Positions 9,228-18,223 of a stretch of DNA of 64,000 nt are shown here, one piece after another. The stretch comes from Candidatus Buchananbacteria bacterium. GTDB taxonomy: Bacteria; Patescibacteriota; Patescibacteriia; 2-01-FULL-39-33; JBAYJR01. Under the pieces are notes generated by a model. That model saw only the letters and a list, made by a program, of their open reading frames with translations, ran no database searches and was not told where the DNA came from. The first letter of the stretch is position 1. Each line of letters starts with the position of its first letter. A program made the translations under genes and the position numbers. The DNA lies in NCBI GenBank assembly GCA_041665005.1, contig JBAYJR010000006.1, forward strand, positions 13,309 through 77,308, in the 5' to 3' direction.

Positions 9228-9848
9228 ATGTTTTACTTTTTACTAAAACTTTTTTTAGCGCCAGTAGTTAAAGAGCTTTGGGTTAAAGAAATCAAAGGCC
9301 TGGAAAATTTTCCAGCCACTGGCCCAGTTGTAGTGGCAGCTAATCACACTAGTTATTTGGATTTTTTCATTTTAGCGGCCTTGTTGCCCCGGCGGGTTTA
9401 TTTTTTGGCCGGTGAAGTTTTTTTTAAAAAATGGTGGTGGTATCCGCTAGTAAAATTGACTGGGCAAATTAAGGTTGAACGTTATGGTGGTGGCGACAAA
9501 AGCGCGGTTGTTAATACGGCGGTGGAAATTTTAAAACAGGGCAAGATTTTGGGAATTTTTCCTGAAGGCACTAGGTCGGCCACGGGGGAAATTGGCTCAA
9601 CTTTTACTGGCGTGGCAAGGATTGCTTTAGCGGCGCAATGTTCGGTAGTGCCGGTGGGCATTAATGGCGCTTTTACGGTTTGGCCACGGCAAAAGAATCA
9701 GCCGAATTTTAAAAAAGCTATTATTATCAAGATTGGTCAGCCGATTAATTTAAGCCAGTATTATTCAGTGGTAGCTAGTCCGGAAGTGTTGCGTAAGATC
9801 ACCGATGAAATAGTTATGGGGGAAATAAAAAAATTGTTAAAATATTAG
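9228..9848 (+). CDS. plsC: 1-acyl-sn-glycerol-3-phosphate acyltransferase (PlsC family)
   Basis: 206 aa. HX4D motif 'AANHTSYLDFF', 'FPEGTRS', 'VPVGINGA'. Confidence 0.8.
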   Translation: MFYFLLKLFLAPVVKELWVKEIKGLENFPATGPVVVAANHTSYLDFFILAALLPRRVYFLAGEVFFKKWWWYPLVKLTGQIKVERYGGGDKSAVVNTAVEILKQGKILGIFPEGTRSATGEIGSTFTGVARIALAAQCSVVPVGINGAFTVWPRQKNQPNFKKAIIIKIGQPINLSQYYSVVASPEVLRKITDEIVMGEIKKLLKY

Positions 9849-9892
9849 TTTTTTAGTCTTAGTTTAAAAGTGGTATAATATACTAGACAAAT

Positions 9893-10546
9893 ATGTCCGA
9901 ACTTGTTTTTTTTGATGTAGATAATACCTTGGTTTCTGGCCAAACCCAAGAATATTTAATTAAATATCTTTTTAAATGTGGTAGGATTAGTTTTTGGTTT
10001 TTGCTTAAGTTGTATTTTTGGTTTTTGCTGTATCGGTTAGGTTTAATTAGAGATACAATAAAGATTAGAGAAAAAACTTTTAAATTAGTTTCTGGTTGGG
10101 ATAACGAAGAGACTAAGCAACTATTAGAGGATTTTTTTAACAGGGAAATAAAAGAGAAAATTTTTCCACAAGCCATAGAAATTATTAATAGCTATCAGAA
10201 GGAAGGGAGAAGGGTTGTTTTGCTTTCTGCTTCTTTAAAGCCTTTGATTGAGATTATTGGCAAATGGTTTAACATTACTGATGTCGTGGCAGTTGAACTG
10301 GAGACTAAGAATAAGAAGTATACAGGTAAGATTTTAGGATCAGTTGTTTATGGCCAACAAAAAGTTGAAGCGCTAAAAAATATAATTAATCGGTATAATC
10401 CAGAGAGGCTAATTGCTTACGCAGATCATTATTCAGATTTAGAATTATTAAGGTTTGTTTCCGAGCCCCACGTAGTTAACCCGGATAAGAAAATTCTGGT
10501 TATAGCGAAAAAGAATAATTGGCCGATACATTATTTTAAATTATGA
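9893..10546 (+). CDS. HAD-superfamily hydrolase (HAD-IB/SerB-like)
   Basis: 217 aa. Motif I 'FFDVDNTLV', followed by the later HAD motifs (K, DD). Confidence 0.65.
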   Translation: MSELVFFDVDNTLVSGQTQEYLIKYLFKCGRISFWFLLKLYFWFLLYRLGLIRDTIKIREKTFKLVSGWDNEETKQLLEDFFNREIKEKIFPQAIEIINSYQKEGRRVVLLSASLKPLIEIIGKWFNITDVVAVELETKNKKYTGKILGSVVYGQQKVEALKNIINRYNPERLIAYADHYSDLELLRFVSEPHVVNPDKKILVIAKKNNWPIHYFKL

Positions 10547-12711
10547 ACAGCTTTACAATTTCTTGCATTTTGACTTCGCTTATAAGTTTTTTAATGGGCG
10601 TCTTTGTTTATGCAAAAAATAAGGCTAGAACTAATCGTATTTGGTTTTGGCTTTCCATGGTTATTTCTTTTTGGAGTATTGGCTTATGGGGCGTGGTTGC
10701 CAGTCAAACTCCGGAAAATGCTATGCTTTGGCAATATGTTTTAGACTTCGGAGCAATTTTTATTGCCCCGCTTTACCTACATTTTATTTTAGCTTTATTA
10801 AGCCTAAACAAGGAAAAAAGAAAGATTATTATTGCTTGTTATGGTTTTAGCATTGTTTTATTTTTATTGAGTTTTACTGGCTTATTTAAAATTGGCATGA
10901 AGCCAATTTTCGGGTTTAGTTATTGGATAGAACCTGGTCCGCTTTATTTTTTATTTCCCCTGGCTTTTTTGGTATTCATTTTTTATTCAATTTTTTTAAT
11001 TATAAAATTTTATTATAAAGTTTCCGGTTATAAGAGGCAACAACTTAGGTATGTTTTATTAGCCGGAGTAGTTGGTTTTTCCGGTGGTTTGACTGACTTT
11101 TTTCCACAACTAATTAAATTTTATCCCATTGGTAACTACTTTATTGTTTTTTATGTAGCTTTTATTGCTTATGCTATTACTCGTTATCGTTTAATGGAAA
11201 TAAAAACTATTATTAAACGTTCTACAGTGTTTGGTGTTTTGGTGGTAGTAATCGCCAGTGCTTACACCTTATTAGCCATTTATTTAACAGGATTTTTGGA
11301 AGTATTTGTAGGCACTAACTCAGTAGTAGTAACTGGTTTAATTACCGCCGTGTTAGTAGTACTAGTTTTTCAGCCATTAAAAAATTGGTTACAAAAAGTT
11401 ACGGATCGGTTTTTATTCGTTGGGGCATATGAACCAGCGGTATTATTGGCTAAAGTTAATGAAATCTGTAGTTCTATTTTAAATTTAGATCAGCTATTAA
11501 CTTCCCTGGTTCAGGTAGTAAAGGATAATCTTAGAACTAGTAATTTAGCAGTTTTATTGTTAGATAAAAAGAAACAACTAGCGATAGCTAAAAAAGATGG
11601 TTGGCCTAAAGAGTTTGATAAATTTATTGCGGGTAAGGAAAAAATGTTGCCGTTATATTTTAAAAATAGCCGGGAAATTTATATTATTCCGGAATTAAAG
11701 GCTCGGTATGAAAGCGGTGATTATCAACCTAAAGACGCAACTTTTTTGTATGAGCTGGATGAATTGAACGTTAGTCTAATTGTGCCTTTATTTACTCATG
11801 AGAATTTAATTGGTGTTATTGTTTTTGGGCCCAAAAAATCCGGCGATCCATATTCGCAAGAAGACTTAAACACCTTAGGTATTATTGCCGGTCAGGCAGC
11901 GATTGCAATTACGAATACGGAATTATATGAAGAGCAACGAGGGTTCGCGGTTAAGCTACAAAAGGAAGTAGAAAAAGCCACGGCAGAGTTACGGGCGGCT
12001 AATGCCGAGTTAAAAAAGTTGGATGAAGCTAAGTCGGATTTTATTTCCATTGCTTCGCATCAGTTACGTACTCCGTTAACGGTGATCAAAGGTTACGGTT
12101 CTATGATTAAAGAGGGGAGTTTTGGTAAGGTGCCGAAAAAAATTATGGAGGTGGTGGGTAAAATGTATATTTCTAACGATCGTCTAATTGATTTGGTGGA
12201 AAATTTGTTAAATATTTCCCGGATTGAAAGCGGTCGGCTAGAGTTTAATTTAGAAAAAATGGATTTAGCAGATTTAGCTAAAGAAGTATTTGAAGAATTA
12301 TCGCAAAAAGCAGCGGCTAAAAAATTGGATTATCAATTGTCAGTAGAAAAAAAATTGCCGCCAATTATGGCGGATCGCAATCGCTTACACGATGTGGTTA
12401 GTAATTTAATTGATAATGCCATTAAATATACGCCTAGTGGTCAGGTTAAGGTGTTTGCTAGATTAGAACAGGGGCAAGTTTTGTTTGAGGTGATTGATAC
12501 TGGTTCGGGTGTGGATCCTAAAGATTTGCCACATTTATTTCAAAAATTTACTCGCGGTCAGGGGGCATTTCAAATTCATACCGAAGGTGTGGGGCTGGGG
12601 TTGTATGTCGCCAAAATGATGATGGATAAAATGCAAGGCAAAATTTGGGCCGAAAGTGCGGGTTTGAATAAAGGTAGTCGGTTTGTGTTTACTATTCCAC
12701 CGAGTAAGTAA
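10543..12711 (+). CDS. Sensor histidine kinase (multi-TM N-terminal domain, GAF, HisKA, HATPase)
   Basis: 722 aa. About 7 predicted TM helices, a GAF-like middle, H-box 'IASHQLRTPLT', N-box 'LIDNAIKYT', G-boxes 'DTGSGV' and 'GVGLGL'. No response regulator is adjacent. Confidence 0.85.
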   Translation: MNSFTISCILTSLISFLMGVFVYAKNKARTNRIWFWLSMVISFWSIGLWGVVASQTPENAMLWQYVLDFGAIFIAPLYLHFILALLSLNKEKRKIIIACYGFSIVLFLLSFTGLFKIGMKPIFGFSYWIEPGPLYFLFPLAFLVFIFYSIFLIIKFYYKVSGYKRQQLRYVLLAGVVGFSGGLTDFFPQLIKFYPIGNYFIVFYVAFIAYAITRYRLMEIKTIIKRSTVFGVLVVVIASAYTLLAIYLTGFLEVFVGTNSVVVTGLITAVLVVLVFQPLKNWLQKVTDRFLFVGAYEPAVLLAKVNEICSSILNLDQLLTSLVQVVKDNLRTSNLAVLLLDKKKQLAIAKKDGWPKEFDKFIAGKEKMLPLYFKNSREIYIIPELKARYESGDYQPKDATFLYELDELNVSLIVPLFTHENLIGVIVFGPKKSGDPYSQEDLNTLGIIAGQAAIAITNTELYEEQRGFAVKLQKEVEKATAELRAANAELKKLDEAKSDFISIASHQLRTPLTVIKGYGSMIKEGSFGKVPKKIMEVVGKMYISNDRLIDLVENLLNISRIESGRLEFNLEKMDLADLAKEVFEELSQKAAAKKLDYQLSVEKKLPPIMADRNRLHDVVSNLIDNAIKYTPSGQVKVFARLEQGQVLFEVIDTGSGVDPKDLPHLFQKFTRGQGAFQIHTEGVGLGLYVAKMMMDKMQGKIWAESAGLNKGSRFVFTIPPSK

Positions 12712-12733
12712 TAAGCAATAAGTTATAAGCAAT

Positions 12734-12803
12734 AGATACTCCATTTTAGCGGAGTATCTATTTGTTAATAAAATAACCCACGGTTTTATTCCGTGGGTTT
12801 TTT
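12734..12803. terminator. Two consecutive hairpins forming a bidirectional terminator between convergent genes
   Basis: 'agatactcc-attttagc-ggagtatct' (12734-12759) and 'cccacgg-ttttatt-ccgtggg' + tttttt (12777-12803). Confidence 0.6.
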
Positions 12804-13034
12804 GATTGCTTTAAAATGTTCGGGTAAAACCCCAAATAGATATGTCCCCGATATTAAGACTAAAGACATAATAGAGAGGGACATTATTAGTGTTATTTGG
12901 GCTCCCTGGCAAATGGTCATAAAATATTTCAGTACCAGGTACCACAATGAGGACAGTATAAAAATAATTATACTTGTTTCGTAGAAAAATGCCAACACAG
13001 CTATTATTTTTTTTATGGCTGTTATTTTTTTCAT
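12786..13034 (-). CDS. Small hypothetical membrane protein
   Basis: 82-aa ORF with two predicted TM helices. No motif. The ORF's 3' end overlaps the second terminator hairpin, so its extent is uncertain. Confidence 0.3.
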   Translation of the reverse strand: MKKITAIKKIIAVLAFFYETSIIIFILSSLWYLVLKYFMTICQGAQITLIMSLSIMSLVLISGTYLFGVLPEHFKAIKKPTE

Positions 13035-13166
13035 TTTTTTACCTCCTTTTGATATATTAATCTATAGCAAGTATTGCATTTTTTGTCAAGGGAACAGCTC
13101 GGCGTTATTTGAAAAATTATGAATTTTATCCGCCAGAGTATTAATCAGCCGGCTGATTTTTTAATA

Positions 13167-13195
13167 TTTGACAGTCAGTTTAAAAGGGGATACAA
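13167..13195 (+). promoter_or_regulatory. Sigma70-like promoter of the copper operon: ttgaca - 17 - tacaat
   Basis: 'ttgacagtcagtttaaaaggggatacaat'. Confidence 0.55.
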
Positions 13196-13200
13196 TATAC

Positions 13201-13221
13201 CTATACCTGGGGTCGGGGTAT
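13201..13221 (+). promoter_or_regulatory. Candidate CsoR operator
   Basis: GC-rich inverted repeat 'tatacc-tggggtcgg-ggtata' immediately downstream of the -10. It resembles known CsoR boxes (TACC-N-GGTA cores flanking a G/C tract). Confidence 0.5.
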
Positions 13222-13256
13222 AATAATTTAAAATTTAAAAGGCAAAATTAAAAATT

Positions 13257-13523
13257 ATGTCTAAAGAAAAAATTGCGGTTAATTTTAAAAAAGCTAACAG
13301 CTTGTTGGTTAAAATTTTAAAAATGCAGGAGTCCGGCGCTTACTGTGTGGATTTGATGCAACAAAATTTAGCCGTAATTGGTCTATTAAAATCCGCTCAT
13401 CAAATGCTAATGGAAGGGCATCTTAATTCTTGTTTTAAAAATGCTATGGCTTCCAAAAATGAAGCGCGTAAACAGCAGATGATTAAAGAAATTTTAACGG
13501 TTAGTAAATTAGCTAGTAAATAA
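13257..13523 (+). CDS. csoR: Copper-sensing transcriptional repressor CsoR family
   Basis: 88 aa. DUF156 fold signature with Cys ('GAYCVDLMQQ') and a later H-x3-C ('HLNSC'), the x-C-H-C fingerprint of Cu(I)-sensing CsoR. Confidence 0.75.
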   Translation: MSKEKIAVNFKKANSLLVKILKMQESGAYCVDLMQQNLAVIGLLKSAHQMLMEGHLNSCFKNAMASKNEARKQQMIKEILTVSKLASK

Positions 13524-13527
13524 TGGT

Positions 13528-14664
13528 ATGTCGGTAAAAAAGATAATAATTGGTTTATTGGTTTTGATTGCTTTGTCGTTAATCGGTGGCTGGTTTATTT
13601 TAGTGGGCAAGTTTCCGGCCTTAATTTTTCCTAGCTCTAATAGTTGGAGTTATTGGTTAATTTTTATGACCGGCTTAACCACGGGTGGTTTAACTTGTTT
13701 AGCAATTCAGGGGGGATTATTAATTAGTAGTATCTCGGCTCAGGAACAAGTAAACAAGCAGGTTAATAATTTAGCGGGACCACGGCGTAAGTTAGTGGCA
13801 ACTACGGCTTTTGTTTTAGCTAAGTTAATTGCTTATACGGTAGTTGGTTTTTTATTAGGTAGTTTGGGTTCAGTGTTGCAACTCAATGGGACGGTGCGGG
13901 CAAGTTTGCAGATTTTAATTGGGGTTTACATGCTGGCCGTGGCCTTAAATTTGTTATCAGTTCATCCGATTTTTCGTTATGTAGTGATACCGCCACCTCG
14001 TTTTTTGTATCGCTATTTAAAAAATTATTCACAACAGGGTGCGTGGTTTACGCCGGGTTTACTTGGAGCCTTAACAATTTTTTTGCCCTGTGCCACCACG
14101 CAAGCTATGGAAGTGTTAGCGCTAGGTAGTGGTAGCGCGGTACGCGGTGCAGCAATTATGCTTTGGTTTATTTTAGGTACTATTCCGATGTTTGTAATTT
14201 TAGGTTGGCTGATTACTCGTTTAGGTGAGAAAAAACAAAAACCCTTTTTTAAATTAGCGGGGGCGATTTTAATCGTCTTAGGCTTAATGACGGTTAATAG
14301 CGGTTTAATTTTAATTGGTAGTCCGGTTACCTGGCAGAGTGTGACTCAGGTTTTTGGTAAAGCAATAATATCTAACAACACTGAAATACAAGGTGGTAAA
14401 CAAGTGGTGACTATAAACATTGATAATTCTGGCTATAATCCTGGGCAGGTTGTGGTTAAAAAGGGCGTGCCGGTTCAGTTAATTTTAAAAACTAAAGAAA
14501 CTTATTCTTGCGCTCGGTCAGTGGTGTTTTCAGCCTTTAGTAAACGAGCGATTTTATTGCCGAATGATGAGCAGGTGGTAGAGTTTACTCCGGATAAGGT
14601 GGGAGATTTTTCTTTTTCTTGTAGTATGGGGATGTATCAAGGCATAATTAGAGTGGTGGATTAG
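13528..14664 (+). CDS. Membrane protein with DsbD/CcdA-like transmembrane core (Cys in TM helices) fused to a C-terminal cupredoxin-like domain
   Basis: 378 aa. TM cysteines 'TGGLTCLAIQGG' and 'FLPCATTQAMEV'. C-terminal beta-rich domain 'VVTINIDNSGYNPGQVVVKKGVPVQLILK...FSFSCSMGMYQG' (cupredoxin-like with C/M ligand candidates). Confidence 0.5.
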   Translation: MSVKKIIIGLLVLIALSLIGGWFILVGKFPALIFPSSNSWSYWLIFMTGLTTGGLTCLAIQGGLLISSISAQEQVNKQVNNLAGPRRKLVATTAFVLAKLIAYTVVGFLLGSLGSVLQLNGTVRASLQILIGVYMLAVALNLLSVHPIFRYVVIPPPRFLYRYLKNYSQQGAWFTPGLLGALTIFLPCATTQAMEVLALGSGSAVRGAAIMLWFILGTIPMFVILGWLITRLGEKKQKPFFKLAGAILIVLGLMTVNSGLILIGSPVTWQSVTQVFGKAIISNNTEIQGGKQVVTINIDNSGYNPGQVVVKKGVPVQLILKTKETYSCARSVVFSAFSKRAILLPNDEQVVEFTPDKVGDFSFSCSMGMYQGIIRVVD

Positions 14665-14673
14665 TTTTTTTCT

Positions 14674-14788
14674 TTGTCATTCCTGCGAAAGCAGGAATCC
14701 AGATTAATTTAGGTTGTTACTGTTACTCCCGAAGTGATTACTTCTCAGCAGAATATCCTCCTTAATTCTCTTGCCCTTTTGTAACCAA
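14674..14788 (+). repeat. About 115-nt intergenic repeat (copy 1), starting with a 'ttgtcattcc-N-ggaatc' hairpin
   Basis: About 88% identical over about 95 nt to 50417-50555: '...ggaatccagattaatttaggttgttactgttactcccgaagtgattacttctcagcagaatatcctccttaattctcttgcccttttgtaaccaa'. Confidence 0.7.
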
Positions 14789-14789
14789 T

Positions 14790-14996
14790 ATGAAAAAAAT
14801 AATTTTGAAAATAAAAACCATGCATTGTACAGGCTGTGCTTTGTTAATTGATGATGAATTACAAGCTCTGCCTGGAGTAATTAGCGCTAAAACCAGTTAT
14901 GCCAAAAGCCAAAGCGTAGTGGAATTTGAGGATGAGGTAAAAAATAGTGATTTAGTGGCCGCGGTCAAACGCGCCGGCTATGAAGTAGAAAACTAA
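14790..14996 (+). CDS. copZ: Copper chaperone CopZ (HMA domain)
   Basis: 68 aa. 'MHCTGCALLIDDEL' MxCxxC metal-binding motif. Confidence 0.85.
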   Translation: MKKIILKIKTMHCTGCALLIDDELQALPGVISAKTSYAKSQSVVEFEDEVKNSDLVAAVKRAGYEVEN

Positions 14997-15008
14997 TCAT
15001 TAATATTT

Positions 15009-17243
15009 ATGAATAAAAAAATTACTTTAGATATTAGTGGGATGCATTGTGCTTCTTGTGCGGTGCTAATTGAAAAAGCCTTAAAGCGAGTGTCAGGCGT
15101 AGTAGCAAGTAATGTCAATTATGCTTCGGAAAAGGCGCAGGTTGAAGCCGGACCAGAGGTTAAGTATGATGATTTAATTAAGGCGGTTAATGGTGTCGGC
15201 TATAAAGTTTTAGAAAACGCATTAACCGAACGTCCAGAAATGAACATGCCTGTGGGGCATGATCATGTAGCGATGTTGCGAGCTGAAGAGTTACAAGTAT
15301 TAAAACGTAAATTAATTTTTAGTATTATTTTAGCCATACCCATCGTAGTCTTGAGTATGGGCAGGTTAATTCCGGGTTGGCCTGAAATGTCATTAACTGT
15401 TTTGAATTCGGTTTTGTTAGTATTAACTACGCCAATTTTGTTTTGGGCCGGTGGGCAATTTTTTATTAGTGCCGTTAAATCCGCTCGTCACCTCCAGGCT
15501 AATATGGATACTTTGGTAGCGATGGGTACGGGAGTGGCTTATTTATATTCTTTAATTGCTACGCTGTGGCCCCAAATTTTTGTGATTGCGGGTAAAATGC
15601 CAGAGGTTTATTTTGATACCACGGCGGTAATCATTGCCTTAATTTTATTAGGTAAGTATTTAGAAAACCGGGCCAAGGGAAAAACCAATGAGGCAGTAAA
15701 GGAATTGATGGGCTTACAAGTTAAAATTGCACACGTTAAACGTCAGGGTCAGATAATTGATTTACCGATTGAGCAGGTAATTGTCGGTGATTTAATTTTA
15801 GTTAAACCGGGAGAAAAAATTCCCGTTGATGGTTTGATTGTTGAAGGATTATCGGCTGTTGATGAAGCAATGATTACGGGTGAGAGTTTGCCGATTGATA
15901 AAAAGGTGGGTGACATGGTGACTGGGGCGACGCTTAATATAATGGGAATGCTTATTTTTAGAGCGACGCAGGTGGGTTCGGGCACGGTTTTGGCGCAGAT
16001 AATTAAATTGGTACAAGAAGCGCAAGGTTCAAAAGCACCAATTCAACGTTTGGCTGATAAAATTTCAGGAATTTTTGTGCCGATGGTTATAATAATAGCA
16101 ATGGTTTCTTTTGTAACTTGGTTAGTTTTGGGTCCTGCGCCGGTTTTAACTTATGCTTTAATGGCTGCGGTAACCGTATTAATTATTGCTTGTCCTTGCG
16201 CCATGGGTCTGGCTACACCGACGGCGATTATGGTGGGTACTGGTCGAGGGGCCAAGCAGGGTATTTTATTTAAAGATGCTACTAGTTTGGAAAATTTACA
16301 AAAAGTAGCAGTGGTTGTTTTTGATAAAACTGGCACCCTAACCAAAGGTGAATTACAAGTGGTTAATTATAGTAATGATGAAGTTTTAAAAATTGCCGCC
16401 AGTCTAGAACAATATTCGGAACATCCTTTGGCTATGGCAGTGGTCACTAAGGCCAAAGACCAAAAAATTAATTTGTTAGCCGCGGCCGATTTTTTGGCCG
16501 TGGTGGGCTATGGTGTTAAAGCGAAAATTAAAAATCAAGAGTATATTTTAGGTAATCAAGCGTTATTAACCGAGAATAATATTAGTTTAACGGAAGTGGA
16601 ACAAAGTACAATTAAACAGTTAGAAGCTCAGGGACAAACCGTTTTATTACTAGCTGAGATTAGTCGCCGGCAATATTTAGGTTGTTTAGCTTTAGCTGAT
16701 ACGCTTAAATCAGAAGCGCGCGCGGCGGTGGCAAGTTTATTGCGTTTGAATATTATACCGATTATGTTGACTGGCGATAACGAAGCCACGGCGCAAACTA
16801 TTGCCGAGCAAGTGGGGATTAAAGAGTGGCGAGCAAAAGTAAAACCTGAGGATAAATTACGGATAGTGAGAGAATTAAAAAGTAAATATCAGACGGTGGC
16901 CATGGTGGGCGACGGTATTAATGATGCCCCAGCTTTAACCGAAGCCACGGTGGGCCTGGCGATGAGCACGGGGACAGATATTGCTATGGCGGCGGCTAGT
17001 GTTACAATTTTGCACGGCGACCTTAATAAAGTGGTGGAAGCAATAATACTTTCGCGCAAGACCATGAAAATAATCAAGGGTAATTTATTTTGGGCTTTTA
17101 TTTATAATATTTTAGGTTTACCGGTGGCCGCTGGAGTCCTTTATCCTTTAGGGGGAATAATGTTAAGTCCAATGTTGGCGGCCGGTGCCATGGCTTTTAG
17201 TTCGGTGTTTGTGGTTAGTAATTCTTTGCGTTTACGGCGTTAA
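15009..17243 (+). CDS. copA: Copper-translocating P1B-type ATPase CopA
   Basis: 744 aa. N-terminal HMA 'GMHCASCAV', 'CPC' in TM6 ('[11 protein letters not shown]'), 'DKTGTLT', 'GDGINDAP', 'TGES'. Confidence 0.92.
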   Translation: MNKKITLDISGMHCASCAVLIEKALKRVSGVVASNVNYASEKAQVEAGPEVKYDDLIKAVNGVGYKVLENALTERPEMNMPVGHDHVAMLRAEELQVLKRKLIFSIILAIPIVVLSMGRLIPGWPEMSLTVLNSVLLVLTTPILFWAGGQFFISAVKSARHLQANMDTLVAMGTGVAYLYSLIATLWPQIFVIAGKMPEVYFDTTAVIIALILLGKYLENRAKGKTNEAVKELMGLQVKIAHVKRQGQIIDLPIEQVIVGDLILVKPGEKIPVDGLIVEGLSAVDEAMITGESLPIDKKVGDMVTGATLNIMGMLIFRATQVGSGTVLAQIIKLVQEAQGSKAPIQRLADKISGIFVPMVIIIAMVSFVTWLVLGPAPVLTYALMAAVTVLIIACPCAMGLATPTAIMVGTGRGAKQGILFKDATSLENLQKVAVVVFDKTGTLTKGELQVVNYSNDEVLKIAASLEQYSEHPLAMAVVTKAKDQKINLLAAADFLAVVGYGVKAKIKNQEYILGNQALLTENNISLTEVEQSTIKQLEAQGQTVLLLAEISRRQYLGCLALADTLKSEARAAVASLLRLNIIPIMLTGDNEATAQTIAEQVGIKEWRAKVKPEDKLRIVRELKSKYQTVAMVGDGINDAPALTEATVGLAMSTGTDIAMAAASVTILHGDLNKVVEAIILSRKTMKIIKGNLFWAFIYNILGLPVAAGVLYPLGGIMLSPMLAAGAMAFSSVFVVSNSLRLRR

Positions 17244-17306
17244 GTGCCTTGATAAATTTTGTAATTTGTTCTATTCTATATAAAGCTTAGTAATAAAAAA
17301 TAGCTT

Positions 17307-17693
17307 ATGAAAAAAAATCAATTAATCATTACGGTCGTAGTTTTATTGGTGGTAGCACTAGGCGTTTCTTATTGGTTATCTCGACCGCAAGTTGAAGTTA
17401 AGGTGGTTAGCGAGGGTCCGATTTTATATTGGGGATCAGGTTGTCCACATTGTATTACAGTTGAGGAATTTATTAATCAGAATAAGATTGCCGATAAATT
17501 TAAGTTTGAACGGAAAGAAGTTTTTAATAATCAAGCCAATGCTCAAGAAATGTTAACGCATGCCGCAGATTGCGATACCCAGGGCGGCGGGATGGGCGTG
17601 CCATTATTGTGGGATGAAAAAAATTCTCCCAAGTGTTTAATTGGGGCCGAACCAATTATTAATTATTTTAAAGCCAAAACCAATGCTCAATAA
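17307..17693 (+). CDS. Membrane-anchored thioredoxin-fold protein with DsbA-type CPHC active site
   Basis: 128 aa. N-terminal TM anchor, then 'YWGSGCPHCI'. Further Cys residues in 'DCDTQGGG' and 'PKCL'. Confidence 0.6.
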   Translation: MKKNQLIITVVVLLVVALGVSYWLSRPQVEVKVVSEGPILYWGSGCPHCITVEEFINQNKIADKFKFERKEVFNNQANAQEMLTHAADCDTQGGGMGVPLLWDEKNSPKCLIGAEPIINYFKAKTNAQ

Positions 17694-18192
17694 AAGTGCT
17701 AAATATTTGTTGGTGCTTCCGGTTTTGTTGGTAGCAAGCCCGGCTTTAGCGGTTTGTCCAATTTGTACGGTGGCGGTAGTGGCTGGTTTAGGCTTATCGC
17801 GTTATTTAGGAATTGACGATACGGTTTCTGGTTTGTGGATTGGTGCTTTAATTTTAGCAACGGTGCTTTGGACTATTATTTGGTTTAATAAGAAGGGCTG
17901 GAGATTTGTTGGCCGTGATGTTTTGATTTTATTAACTTGGTATAGCTTAGTAGTTGGTCCGTTATTTTATTATGAAATAATTGGTCATCCTTTAAATAAA
18001 ATTTGGGGAATTGATAAATTAATATTGGGTATTTTGGTAGGCAGTTTGTCTTTTGCGGCCACAGAATGGCTGGATCAATTTATGCGGAAGCAACATCCGG
18101 AAAACAAGGCTCATTTTAAATTGCAAAAAGTAATTTTACCGATTTGTGGTTTGTTGATTTTTAGTTTAATTTTTTATTTAATTACTCGTTAG
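17683..18192 (+). CDS. Integral membrane protein with N-terminal CPIC motif
   Basis: Start refined to ATG 17683 (the track ORF begins at 17641, overlapping the previous gene). 'LAVCPICTVAVVAGLG' sits in the first TM helix. About 5 TM helices. A second Cys in 'LPICGLL'. Confidence 0.45.
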   Translation: MLNKSAKYLLVLPVLLVASPALAVCPICTVAVVAGLGLSRYLGIDDTVSGLWIGALILATVLWTIIWFNKKGWRFVGRDVLILLTWYSLVVGPLFYYEIIGHPLNKIWGIDKLILGILVGSLSFAATEWLDQFMRKQHPENKAHFKLQKVILPICGLLIFSLIFYLITR

Positions 18193-18223
18193 TTTTTTAT
18201 AAATAATAATTGCAGTTAATTAT

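Noticed and set aside
15749-17077. Minus-strand ORFs inside copA (15749-15985, 16151-16345, 16889-17077).
   Set aside because: Antisense to a full-length, motif-complete P-type ATPase gene.
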